Assembly: GCA_964650945.1 (NCBI GenBank) | Contig: CAZYXU010000002.1 | Span: 22,105-86,104, forward strand | Reading direction: 5' to 3' | Length of the DNA: 64,000 nucleotides | Source of the DNA: an uncultured Verrucomicrobiota bacterium | GTDB lineage: Bacteria; Verrucomicrobiota; Kiritimatiellia; JAAZAB01 | Shown: one piece after another, positions 18,192-27,442 of the stretch | Layout of the letters: each line of letters starts with the position of its first letter | Position numbering within the stretch: the stretch's first letter is position 1 | The notes under the pieces: model-generated | What the model was told of the DNA's origin: nothing | The model's input: the letters and a program-made list of their open reading frames with translations, nothing else | Databases searched by the model: none | Made by a program: the position numbers and the translations under genes

Positions 18192-18524
18192 TTACTCCGC
18201 GCCGATCTTGATCGTCACATCCTGCGGCAGGGCCACCCCCGCCGCGACCTGCATGGCCTTGAAGGCGCCAACCGGCACCGCGCAGGCGGCGCAACAACCT
18301 TTCAGGCTTTCGCGGGCATGGGTTAACACTACGCCGTCGGATCCGGCGCCAATCTCGGCATAACCATCCACGGACCCCTTGGCCATCAACGCCTCACCGA
18401 ACTTGCGCGCCTTATCGCACGCGCTGGCGATCTTGAACGTCACATTCTGCGCATCGTCGCTTTCGGCCTGAATGCGCGTCTGGAATCCGCAAATCCCGCC
18501 ATCAATCACCGCCAATGCTTTCAT
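18192..18524 (-). CDS. Small Cys-containing hypothetical protein (putative metal/thiol-binding)
   Basis: 110 aa, soluble-looking, with Cys at GGICGF, SACDKA and GCCAACAVP. It is the last gene of operon B. No confident family assignment. Confidence 0.4.
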   Translation of the reverse strand: MKALAVIDGGICGFQTRIQAESDDAQNVTFKIASACDKARKFGEALMAKGSVDGYAEIGAGSDGVVLTHARESLKGCCAACAVPVGAFKAMQVAAGVALPQDVTIKIGAE

Positions 18525-18584
18525 GGATTTTCCTTTTTATGATTTGGCTGGCCGGCGCGGCGGCCGCCATCCTGGCCTTCAAAA

Positions 18585-19286
18585 TCAACGCGCGGTATAG
18601 ATCATGTACAGCCCGCCCAACAGCACCAATACCCCGCAGATTTTCTTCAAAATCACCGCACCCCGGGATTTTTCACTCCAATCCAGGTAATGCTGAACCA
18701 TTTCCGTGAAAGTGCCGGCCAACACGATCACGCCGCAATGTCCAACGCCATACATCGCCAGCAACCCCGCGCCATAAAGCGCGCGATCCGCCGCGACCTT
18801 GAAGGTGACCGCCAACATCGGCGCCATGTAGGCGAAGGTGCAGGGTCCCAGCGCCACCCCGAAAATCAATCCCAGCAGGAACGCCGCCAGGTAGCCTTTG
18901 CGCTTCAGGCCAACCCGGTTCGGCCCGGCCAATGGCAACGGAATGACCTCCAGCAGATGCAGGCCGATGACGAAAAACACCAACGCCACGCCGTAATTGG
19001 CGGAGGCGCCCAAATCGCCCAGCATCCGCCCCGCCACCGCGGTCAGGACGCCGATGACGGCGATGGTCACGAGCATGCCCAGCGCGAACAGGAAGGCGAT
19101 GGTAAAGGCGCGCCGCGTGGTGATATTCCCCTGCTCGTCAATGAACCCGACGATCAAGGGAATGCTGGCCAGATGACAGGGACTCAAGATGATGCTCAAC
19201 ACGCCCCAAACCAGCGCTGCCAGCATGGCAATCATGGGGGCGCCGTCAACCGCGCGCGTCAACGCCGTAAAAATTCCTTCCAACAT
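18585..19286 (-). CDS. ccdA: CcdA/DsbD-family thiol-disulfide transmembrane electron transporter (second copy)
   Basis: 233 aa polytopic protein with Cys in TM1 (LSPCHL) and TM4 (GPCTFAY), as in CcdA. Confidence 0.8.
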   Translation of the reverse strand: MLEGIFTALTRAVDGAPMIAMLAALVWGVLSIILSPCHLASIPLIVGFIDEQGNITTRRAFTIAFLFALGMLVTIAVIGVLTAVAGRMLGDLGASANYGVALVFFVIGLHLLEVIPLPLAGPNRVGLKRKGYLAAFLLGLIFGVALGPCTFAYMAPMLAVTFKVAADRALYGAGLLAMYGVGHCGVIVLAGTFTEMVQHYLDWSEKSRGAVILKKICGVLVLLGGLYMIYTAR

Positions 19287-19331
19287 TTTTACATCCCTTT
19301 ATGAGAACATTGAAGATTGCGCAGATGGCGG

Positions 19332-19832
19332 TCACTGCCCCGGGATTGTGGCGGCCAGATCCACCCCAAATTCCTTCCACTTGTTCAAAATATCCTCCCG
19401 GGCCATGAAGCCCTCGTGGCGAAACAGTTCCTGGCCATCGGCCGCGAAAAAAATCTGGGTGGGGATGACCCGCACGCCATATTCCTCCCCCGCCGCCGGA
19501 TTTTTCCACACATCAATGAAATCAACCGTCAACCGTCCGGCCTGACTGGTTTTTAATTCATCCAAGATGGGCGCCATCATCTTGCAGGGGATGCACTTAT
19601 CCGCGCCCAAATCCACCAAGCGGGGCAGTTTTTTCGATGTGTCAGCCGCCGGCGCCGGCATGGAATTAACGGCCGGCGGCGTGACTGCCGCCGCCACGCC
19701 GGCGGCATCATCCGCCGCGCCGGACGGCATCCCCCGCGACGTGGCGGATTGCGTTTTTTGTTTCAGGACCACCACCGCCGCCGCCGCGGCGATGACCATG
19801 GCAATGATGACGATATTTTTTGTGGTTTTCAT
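19332..19832 (-). CDS. Membrane-anchored thioredoxin (TlpA/ResA-like), CIPC active site
   Basis: N-terminal TM anchor, an Ala/Pro-rich linker, then a Trx fold with DKCIPCKMMAP (CxxC). Confidence 0.75.
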   Translation of the reverse strand: MKTTKNIVIIAMVIAAAAAVVVLKQKTQSATSRGMPSGAADDAAGVAAAVTPPAVNSMPAPAADTSKKLPRLVDLGADKCIPCKMMAPILDELKTSQAGRLTVDFIDVWKNPAAGEEYGVRVIPTQIFFAADGQELFRHEGFMAREDILNKWKEFGVDLAATIPGQ

Positions 19833-20062
19833 GTTCCCAACATTCTCCCAATCTCCTCGGCGCCGAGCACTTTCCCCACGCTCTTGACCTGGCCATCCAC
19901 CACCAGGGCCGGGGTACCCATCACGCCGAACTTCATGATTTCCGCGATCTTTTCAACTTTTTCAATTTGCGCCTCAATGCCCAATGCCTTAACCGCTGTT
20001 TCGACATTGGCAAACAACATCTTGCATTTCGGACAACCTGTGCCAAGGATCTGAATCTTCAC
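19829..20062 (-). CDS. Thioredoxin-family redox-active disulfide protein 2-like small protein (CPKC)
   Basis: 77 aa, MKIQILGTGCPKCK..., the small Trx-like family commonly found next to COG0701 permeases. ATGA overlap with the upstream gene. Confidence 0.75.
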   Translation of the reverse strand: MKIQILGTGCPKCKMLFANVETAVKALGIEAQIEKVEKIAEIMKFGVMGTPALVVDGQVKSVGKVLGAEEIGRMLGT

Positions 20063-23000
20063 AACTTACCTCCGTGTTTAGGGTGAATTGAATTACGCGT
20101 AAATAAAAGATAGAGCGCGGGCATCAGCACCAGCGCCACCGCGATTTCCATCAGCAGTCCGCCGATGGCGGCTACGGCCATGGGTTTCAGCAAGTCGCCG
20201 CCTTCACCCAAATTGAGCGCCAGCGGAATGAAGCCGGCGATGGTGCTCACGGTGGTCATGACCCGCGGGCGCAGCCGGATTTTCGCGGCGGTCAGCACCG
20301 CTTCGAACGGCGCGATGTGCCGCTGCGTCCTTAATTCTTCGGCAAAAGTCAGCAAGAGGACGCCATCGTTGACCGTGGCCGCGATGACGATAAACACCCC
20401 GATCGCCACCGTGGCGCCGACAGCCAGGTTGGCGGCGCCGAGGGCGAACACCATGCCCGCCAGGCAAAAAGGCACGGACAGCAACATTATCAAAGGCAAG
20501 CGGTAACTTTCAAACTGGATCGCCAGCGTGACGAACGCGAAGAACAGCGCAAAAAGCAGGATCAGCCCCATGGTGCGCGTGTTCTCCCCCATCATCTGGG
20601 CCTGGCCGCCCATTGCGAACGACACCCCCGGCGGAGGCGTCAATGCCGCCACCGCCTCCTGCGCGCGGCGGGTGGCCTCGCCCACGCTTACGCCCGCCGC
20701 ATCCGCGCGGACAATCACCTGCTTGATCTGGTTCTCGCGCGTGATTTCAACCGGCCCCACGGCACGGCGAACCTCCGCCAGGTCCCGCAAAAAGATGGCC
20801 CGTCCGTCACGCGATTCCAGGATGAGCCCCTCGAGGTCCTCTTTCCCCGTGAGTTTCGGCTCCGGCACCATGACGCGGATGTCGTAGTACTCGCTGCCAT
20901 CCCGGTATTCAGTGGAGACCACGCCGCCCACCAAGCCCCGCAGGGTGGCGGCGACGCGGGCAACCGGAATGCCCAGCGCCGACGCGCGCGCGCGGTCCAC
21001 GTGCACCCGGTATTCCGGCTTCGTCATGTCCATCGAGATGTTCACGCCGCTCAGCCCCGGGGTCTCGCCCAGTTTCGCCGCGGCCTGTTTGGCGAAATCA
21101 TAGATTGGCATGATTTCCGACCCTTGCACCTTGACCTCGACATCCTGCAGCCCAATCTGACGAATGCCCTTGAGTTTCATCTGCATCACCGGCATTTTCG
21201 CGCCCGGCGCCATAGCGGACTTAACCATCGGCGTGATTTTTTCGACAAACTGTTCGGTGCTGAGCGAACGCTGGGCTTTAGGCAGAAGTTGTATATCCAC
21301 TTCGCCCTCCTGGGCGATCTCGTAAGTCGCCAGCCCCCACACCCGGCCGCCCGCCATGGTGAACATGCTCTGAATTTCCGGCAGCCCTTGGAGCTGCGCT
21401 TCCACTCGATGCAGGATCCGGTCGGTTTCGCCCACCGACGTGCCCGCCGGCAGTTTGAGCTTCACCATCACCCGACCGTCGTCCACCTTGGGCAGGAACT
21501 CCGAACCGACGCCAGGATACAGGCGCGCCGCAAAGCCCAGCAGCACGAGAAAGAGAGCCAGCACACCCCAGCGGAGGCGCAGAACCCATTTCAGCCCCGC
21601 CCCATAGGCATCCGTCACACGATCAACCATACCATCAAAAGCCCGCGCCAGGCGTCCAGCTTTGCCGCCGCCCTGCACGCCGGCCAACAAACGGTCGGCG
21701 AGCAACGGGGTCAGCGTGGTGGCGATGAGCAGGGAAAGCAGAACGATTCCGGCCACCACGAGCACCAATTCCCTGAACAGAAGCGAGGCCATCCCCGGGA
21801 CGAACAGAAACGGGAGGAATATGGCCAGAAAAGTTACGGTCGAAGCGATCAGAGCCGGTCCCACTTCGGCCGTAGCGCGCACGGTAACGCTTTCCGAACG
21901 GCCATGGGCCAGCGCGGCTTCCTCGTGTTTCAGGCGGGTGATGTTTTCAAGCACAATGATGGAATTGTCCAGAATCACGCCCAAGGCTACCACCAACCCG
22001 CCCAGCGAAAATAGGTTCAGGGAAAACCCCGCCAGGCGCATGAGGAAAAAGTTTGCCAGCAACGTCACGGGCAGCGCTACGACCATGACCACCACCTGCC
22101 GCCAGTGGCCGAGGAAGAAATAGGTCACCAGAATGACAAGGATCGCGGCCAGAATCGCGGAATCGCGCACGCTCAGGATGGCGTGCATGACGTAGTCACC
22201 CTGGTTTTCGACCACGCCGAATTCGATATCCTCCGGAATCTCGGAACGCAGCGCCGCCAATTTGGCCTTGACCGCGGCCGCCACCTGCACGGTATTGGCT
22301 TCGGCCTGCTTGAGCACGTTGAGCTTGACGCAAGGCCGCGCGTTAAAGCGGGTATTCACCCGCATTTCCTCGTGGGAATCCTCGACCGAGGCAACATCGC
22401 GCACGTAAACGAGTTCGCCGTTCGCGCCGCGCGCGAGGGCGACATTGCGGATTTCCTCAAGACTCTCGAACTCGCCCATCGTCCGGGCGATGATTTCCCG
22501 CGTCTCCACCGTGACCCGGCCGGCGAAGATCTGGCGGTTCTCGTCGCGCAAAGCCTCCGCCACCCGCTCGGGAGAAAGATTGTACGCGATCATCCGTTGC
22601 GGATCGAGATGCACGCGGATTTCCCGTTTGAGACCGCCAACCACCTCGGCGCCGGCCGTGCCCGGAACCGCGCTCAGCCGATCCACCAGCCAATTGTCCG
22701 CCCAATCGCGCAACCACACCAAGCTGCGCCGGTCAGAGGCGAGCGCCACCTCCATCACGGGCAACTGGGACGGGTCCGCCTTCATGATCATGGGCGGTTC
22801 CATGTCGGACGGCAGTTCGCGATTAATCCGGCCCATCACCGCCATGACGTCCTGATAGGCCGTGTCCACGTCCACGCCGAACTGGAAGTTCACCAGCAGG
22901 GTGTACATGCCTTCGATACTGGAAGAATCGAGATAATCCAGGTTATCAATCGCGGCCATGGCGCGCTCGACCGGATCGGCGATATTGGTGTCGATTTCTT

Positions 23001-23169
23001 CCGGCGTGGCGCCGCGCCACCAGATGTGGATTTTCACCATGGGATAGGTGATCTCCGGCAGGTAGTCCACATCCAACCGGATCAGCCCGAACCAGCCGAG
23101 CACAGCCGCGGCGACGGAAAGCACCGTCACCGCCACCTTGTGCCTCAAACTGACATCCGTAATCTTCAT
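20059..23169 (-). CDS. RND superfamily efflux permease (AcrB/CzcA-like)
   Basis: 1036 aa with 12-TM RND architecture and two large periplasmic loops. It overlaps the MFP gene by 4 nt. Confidence 0.9.
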   Translation of the reverse strand: MKITDVSLRHKVAVTVLSVAAAVLGWFGLIRLDVDYLPEITYPMVKIHIWWRGATPEEIDTNIADPVERAMAAIDNLDYLDSSSIEGMYTLLVNFQFGVDVDTAYQDVMAVMGRINRELPSDMEPPMIMKADPSQLPVMEVALASDRRSLVWLRDWADNWLVDRLSAVPGTAGAEVVGGLKREIRVHLDPQRMIAYNLSPERVAEALRDENRQIFAGRVTVETREIIARTMGEFESLEEIRNVALARGANGELVYVRDVASVEDSHEEMRVNTRFNARPCVKLNVLKQAEANTVQVAAAVKAKLAALRSEIPEDIEFGVVENQGDYVMHAILSVRDSAILAAILVILVTYFFLGHWRQVVVMVVALPVTLLANFFLMRLAGFSLNLFSLGGLVVALGVILDNSIIVLENITRLKHEEAALAHGRSESVTVRATAEVGPALIASTVTFLAIFLPFLFVPGMASLLFRELVLVVAGIVLLSLLIATTLTPLLADRLLAGVQGGGKAGRLARAFDGMVDRVTDAYGAGLKWVLRLRWGVLALFLVLLGFAARLYPGVGSEFLPKVDDGRVMVKLKLPAGTSVGETDRILHRVEAQLQGLPEIQSMFTMAGGRVWGLATYEIAQEGEVDIQLLPKAQRSLSTEQFVEKITPMVKSAMAPGAKMPVMQMKLKGIRQIGLQDVEVKVQGSEIMPIYDFAKQAAAKLGETPGLSGVNISMDMTKPEYRVHVDRARASALGIPVARVAATLRGLVGGVVSTEYRDGSEYYDIRVMVPEPKLTGKEDLEGLILESRDGRAIFLRDLAEVRRAVGPVEITRENQIKQVIVRADAAGVSVGEATRRAQEAVAALTPPPGVSFAMGGQAQMMGENTRTMGLILLFALFFAFVTLAIQFESYRLPLIMLLSVPFCLAGMVFALGAANLAVGATVAIGVFIVIAATVNDGVLLLTFAEELRTQRHIAPFEAVLTAAKIRLRPRVMTTVSTIAGFIPLALNLGEGGDLLKPMAVAAIGGLLMEIAVALVLMPALYLLFTRNSIHPKHGGKL

Positions 23170-24299
23170 AATGCGGGCTGGCCCTTTCCGGCTGGTTTTT
23201 CGGCCTTGGCGGGAACGGGGTTGCCGGCCGCGCCGCCAGGACCGCCGGGACCCTGCTGCTTCTGCCCCATGACCTTAACCGGCGCGCCGTCCTTGAGCGC
23301 GTCGTTGCCCCGGGTAATCACCATTTCGCCGGCTTGAATGCCGCTCGCCACGGCCACGGCTCCGCCGGCCTCCATCGCCGCCTTGACCTTGCGCCGGAAG
23401 GCTTTCCCGCCCTCCACCACGAACGCAACCGTCTCCCCGCCGGGCAACACCGTCAGAACGCTTTCCGGCACCACGACGGCATTCGTCAGCGTTTGCACCG
23501 CGACCTCCACCCGGGCGAACATACCGCTCAGGAGTCGCACTTCGTCACTCACCACGGCTTCCGCCGTTAAGGTGCGGGTCATGCGATCCAGTTCCGGATA
23601 CACCCGGACGATTTTGCCGACGAAATGCCGGTCCGGATAGGCGTCCAGGGAAATGCTGACAGGCTGATCTTTTTGAACCGCAAGCGCTTGCTGCTCGGGA
23701 ATGGAAATCCGAACAACATGGCTTGCCGGCTCGTAGAGCTCCACCAACGGCGCGCGCGGCGAGACGTAATTCCCTTCGGATATCCAAACCCTGGAAACCA
23801 CGCCGTCCCAGGGCGCCTCAATTTCATAGTCGCTCGCGCCTGTCTCCATCGCCGCTACCAGAGCTTCAGCGCGCTTCAGATTCGACCGCGCCGCGTCCAG
23901 TTGTTCGCCGGCCAACGAGCCGCTTTTAACCAATTGCTCGACGCGTTTAAACTCCGCTTCCTGCCGGCGGAATTCCTCGCGGGCCGCATCCAGCCCGGTC
24001 TCGGCGATCCGGCTGCGGCCAACTTTCACCAGGATCTGGCCTTGCTTGACCGCATCGCCCTCACGGACGGAACACGCCACGACCGGCCCTTCCGCCGGCG
24101 ACGCCATGCGCGCCACCTTCACCGGCTCCACGGAGCCGGTGTAGGACAGTGTCTTCGAGAAATCGCGCTTCTCCGCCTTCGCTACCTGCACCAAGGCCAG
24201 CGGTTTCCGGGCCGGCTCGTCCGCTCCCTGTTTCTTACCGCAACCTGCCGCCAGCAGAATCGCCAACGCGCATCCGCACCATCCCCAATATGTCTTCAT
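23166..24299 (-). CDS. RND efflux membrane fusion protein (HlyD/AcrA family), lipoprotein
   Basis: Lipobox LLAAGC, coiled-coil and beta-barrel MFP layout. 4-nt overlap with the OMF gene. Confidence 0.85.
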   Translation of the reverse strand: MKTYWGWCGCALAILLAAGCGKKQGADEPARKPLALVQVAKAEKRDFSKTLSYTGSVEPVKVARMASPAEGPVVACSVREGDAVKQGQILVKVGRSRIAETGLDAAREEFRRQEAEFKRVEQLVKSGSLAGEQLDAARSNLKRAEALVAAMETGASDYEIEAPWDGVVSRVWISEGNYVSPRAPLVELYEPASHVVRISIPEQQALAVQKDQPVSISLDAYPDRHFVGKIVRVYPELDRMTRTLTAEAVVSDEVRLLSGMFARVEVAVQTLTNAVVVPESVLTVLPGGETVAFVVEGGKAFRRKVKAAMEAGGAVAVASGIQAGEMVITRGNDALKDGAPVKVMGQKQQGPGGPGGAAGNPVPAKAEKPAGKGQPAL

Positions 24300-25639
24300 G
24301 GTAATATCTCCCCTATCGCCAGGCGGCGCCGCGCGTCCGCTACCGCCAGATCCGCCAGGGCGCGGGCATGGGTGGTCTGTGCGATCACCAGCGCGGTCTG
24401 TGCGTCCAGCACATCCGTCATTGTGCCCTTGCCCAGGTCGTACTTCTCCTGCATAATCCGGAAACTCTCGTCCGCTTGGCCGACGGCCTGTTCGGCCGTC
24501 TGGACCCGCTCGCCTGCGGCGGCGATGTCCGACAAGGCCGTCTCCACTTCAAAGCGAATCTGCAGTTCCAGCTTCCGCAGACGCTCCTGCGCGCCGCGCT
24601 GCCGGGCCTTTTGCTCCGCCACCTTCGCCCTGGTCAGCCGGCCGTCGAAGATGGGCACTTCCACCACCAAGCCGGCACGGCCAACGTCCGACTGGTCATC
24701 GGCCGCATCGGGCTGATCCGACGGATCCGGCATCCAGCGCGCGCCATACGACGCCTGTGCGAAGAGCGTCGGCCGATAGCCTGAACGCGCGGCGCGCACC
24801 CCGGCACCGGCGGCTGAGACCGCGGCCTGCGCGGCGCGGTAATCCGCGCGCCGGGCAAGCGCTAGCCGCATGCATTCCGCCGCGCCGGGACAGGCGGCAA
24901 ACTCCTGCATCGCCAACTTGCCCTCGGCCTCCGGGGCGGCGGCATCGTCCAACCCAAGCAGCGCCGCCCAGGCACGCTGCTGAACCGTGCGGTTGCTGCG
25001 TTCCCGCACCTGGCGTTCGTACAGTTCGGCCCGCCGGACATTGGCCCGCAACAAGTCCACCCGCGCCGCCTTTTCCGCCTGCACCAAGGCTGCGATGCTG
25101 CGCTGCTGCTCGTCCATGGCGCGGACGGCGGTTTCCAGCGACCGCAGCACCTCATCCTGTGCCAGCAAGCCATAGAACATGGCCGTCACCTGATAAACGA
25201 GCGACTCGCGCACACGGATCAACTGATCCTCCGCTCCTTTCCAGTTCCACGCCGCCGCATCCGTCTCGCCGGAGACGCGGCCGCCGGTATAAAGCGGCAG
25301 GCTGGCAACCAGTTCCGCCCCCAGCGTCTGCGCGCCGAACACGCCCTGCTCGCCGTTCCGCGTCGCAGGCATCAACCGTTGGTCTTCCGTCCAGTAATCA
25401 TAGGCGCCGCGGGCCTTCAACGTTGGCCACCCGCCTGACCGGGCGGCCTGCAGGCGCGCCGCCGATTCCGCCACCCGGCTTTGCGTTTCAGCCACATCGG
25501 GATTTTGCACCAAGGCCAGCTCCAGCGCATCCGCCAGCTTTAAGGCGCGCGGGGATTGGCCGGCAACGCCTTGCGCGTTCAACATTGCCGCGCCAAAGCC
25601 GGCAAGCAGCGCCAGCCCTATGTTTTTTGAATTCTTCAT
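24296..25639 (-). CDS. Outer membrane efflux factor (TolC-like OMF)
   Basis: Start MKNSKNIGLALLAGFGAAMLNAQ (signal peptide) at 25639 makes an ATGA overlap with the permease stop. Two OEP repeats. The track ORF (to 26437) carries a spurious 266-aa N-terminal extension. Confidence 0.8.
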   Translation of the reverse strand: MKNSKNIGLALLAGFGAAMLNAQGVAGQSPRALKLADALELALVQNPDVAETQSRVAESAARLQAARSGGWPTLKARGAYDYWTEDQRLMPATRNGEQGVFGAQTLGAELVASLPLYTGGRVSGETDAAAWNWKGAEDQLIRVRESLVYQVTAMFYGLLAQDEVLRSLETAVRAMDEQQRSIAALVQAEKAARVDLLRANVRRAELYERQVRERSNRTVQQRAWAALLGLDDAAAPEAEGKLAMQEFAACPGAAECMRLALARRADYRAAQAAVSAAGAGVRAARSGYRPTLFAQASYGARWMPDPSDQPDAADDQSDVGRAGLVVEVPIFDGRLTRAKVAEQKARQRGAQERLRKLELQIRFEVETALSDIAAAGERVQTAEQAVGQADESFRIMQEKYDLGKGTMTDVLDAQTALVIAQTTHARALADLAVADARRRLAIGEILP

Positions 25640-27015
25640 GCAACCAGCGCTCCAAAGATGATTCCCGTGACCGTTGCCATCACCACCACCAACCCGACGA
25701 AAGTCAGGGTCTTTTTCGGGCCGAGGATGGAATTTATCACCAGCATGTTCGGTAAGGATAACGCCGGCCCGGCCAACAAGAGCGCCAGCGCCGGCCCCTG
25801 CCCCATGCCGCTGTCGAGCAGCCCGCGCAAAATCGGCACTTCGGTCAGGGTGGCAAAATACATCAAAGCGCCGGTGAAGGAGGCGAAGAAATTGGTCCAG
25901 ACCGGCCAGATCAACGCCAGCCAGACGGGCACATCGCCATCGGCGCCCGAGATCAGCGACAGCAGCGCGGCCGGTGAATCGCCCACCAGCGCCTGAATCC
26001 AGACATTCGGCACAATGCCGGCGTCCTTGCCTTCCGGACTGCCCAAAAAGAAGCCGGCGGCGAGCACACCGCCGAACAGCAATGGCAGAATCTGCTTCGC
26101 AAATCCCCAGGTCTGATCGCGCCAATCCTTGAGTTCCGCCCCACCGCAGAAGGTGAGCCCGATCAACCCGGCCGATCCGGCGGCAAAGGCCGCTACCGGA
26201 TACCCCGGAAACGCGATGCCCAGGATCACGGCCGGCATGGCCGCCACGGCAATCCAGGCCAGCCGCACTTTGAAAAAACGCCACAAGCAAAATCCCATGA
26301 GCGCCGCAAACAGCGCCGTCACCAGCCATTTGGCCTGGTAGATCGCAAACCACAAGCCCGCCGGCGCCAAAGGCTTGCCCCAGTTGGCGAACACCAGGAT
26401 GCCCACCATCGCGAAGAAGTATAGCGCCACTTGCCACAGGGGCCGCTCCTTGCCATCGTCATCGCCCAGATATACGGGTTGTACTTGCGCCGCCTTCGCC
26501 CTTTCCTCTTTCAGGAAGATCAGGTGCATCAGCAGGCCGATGATCACACTAAAGCCTATGGCGCCGACCGCCCGCGCCACGCCCAGTTGCCACCCCAGGA
26601 TGCGCGCGGTCAGCACAATGGCCAGCACGTTGATCGCCGGCCCGGAGTAAAGGAAGGCGATGGCCGGACCAAGGCCCGCGCCGCGCATGTAGATGCCGCC
26701 GAACAGCGGCAGCACCGTGCAGGAACAGACCGCCAGGATCGTCCCGGAAACCGAAGCCACGGAGTATGCGAGCCACTTGGAGGCCTTCGGCCCGAAATAT
26801 TTCATCACCGCGTTCTGGCTGACGAACACCCCGATGGCGCCGGCAATGAAGAAGGCCGGCACCAGACAGAGCAGGACGTGTTCACGGGCATACCATTTCA
26901 CCAGCTTGAACGCCTCGATCACCGCTCCCTGAAAGCGCATGGACTCCACCGGCAGGTTATAGGCGACGAGGAACGCGGCGGCCAACCCCAAAAATATTTT
27001 CAATTCCTTTTTCAT
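25636..27015 (-). CDS. COG0701-type two-repeat permease (ArsP-related, CSC motif)
   Basis: 459 aa polytopic. The first repeat carries AVCSCTVLP, analogous to the ArsP TPFCSCSTVP motif, and the second repeat is homologous. It follows arsR by 1 nt. Confidence 0.75.
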   Translation of the reverse strand: MKKELKIFLGLAAAFLVAYNLPVESMRFQGAVIEAFKLVKWYAREHVLLCLVPAFFIAGAIGVFVSQNAVMKYFGPKASKWLAYSVASVSGTILAVCSCTVLPLFGGIYMRGAGLGPAIAFLYSGPAINVLAIVLTARILGWQLGVARAVGAIGFSVIIGLLMHLIFLKEERAKAAQVQPVYLGDDDGKERPLWQVALYFFAMVGILVFANWGKPLAPAGLWFAIYQAKWLVTALFAALMGFCLWRFFKVRLAWIAVAAMPAVILGIAFPGYPVAAFAAGSAGLIGLTFCGGAELKDWRDQTWGFAKQILPLLFGGVLAAGFFLGSPEGKDAGIVPNVWIQALVGDSPAALLSLISGADGDVPVWLALIWPVWTNFFASFTGALMYFATLTEVPILRGLLDSGMGQGPALALLLAGPALSLPNMLVINSILGPKKTLTFVGLVVVMATVTGIIFGALVA

Positions 27016-27016
27016 T

Positions 27017-27370
27017 TCAGAGGATCCTGAGGGTTTGCATTTGCCGCGCAGCGGAAGATTTCAAAACTTCCAAAGCACACTCAAACGCGCGCAGGATGCA
27101 GGGGCATTCCAGGTGATGGATGACCTTTTGCCCCTGTTTGCGCTCGGTGACAATTCCGGCGCGTTTCAAAAGCGCGAGGTGGCGCGAGATGTTGGACTGG
27201 TCAACGGCCGCCAGCGCGTTCAGCTCGTGGACGCACCGGTCGCCCTCGGCGAGTGCGCTGACGAGCATGACCCGGATGGGATGCGCCAGCGCCTTCAGGA
27301 TATCGGAACGAATTCTGGCCTGGGAATAATTCATACGTGCCATTCTATGCGTATATGCGCATATTGTCAA
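27017..27370 (-). CDS. arsR: ArsR/SmtB family transcriptional regulator (second)
   Basis: wHTH (ALAHPIRVMLVSALAEGDRCVHELN) with Cys in helix 3 and a C-terminal ECPC. It heads operon B. The likely start is an internal Met (~27343). Confidence 0.8.
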   Translation of the reverse strand: MTICAYTHRMARMNYSQARIRSDILKALAHPIRVMLVSALAEGDRCVHELNALAAVDQSNISRHLALLKRAGIVTERKQGQKVIHHLECPCILRAFECALEVLKSSAARQMQTLRIL

Positions 27371-27442
27371 ATATAAAATTACGAATAATCAAGGCGCCGG
27401 CAAAGGCTAAGGGTAATACGGGTGGTCGGAGACGCAGCCAAG

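Noticed and set aside
25640-26437. 266-aa N-terminal extension of the OMF ORF
   Set aside because: It overlaps the COG0701 permease gene in another frame. The true OMF start, with its signal peptide, is at 25639, giving an ATGA overlap.
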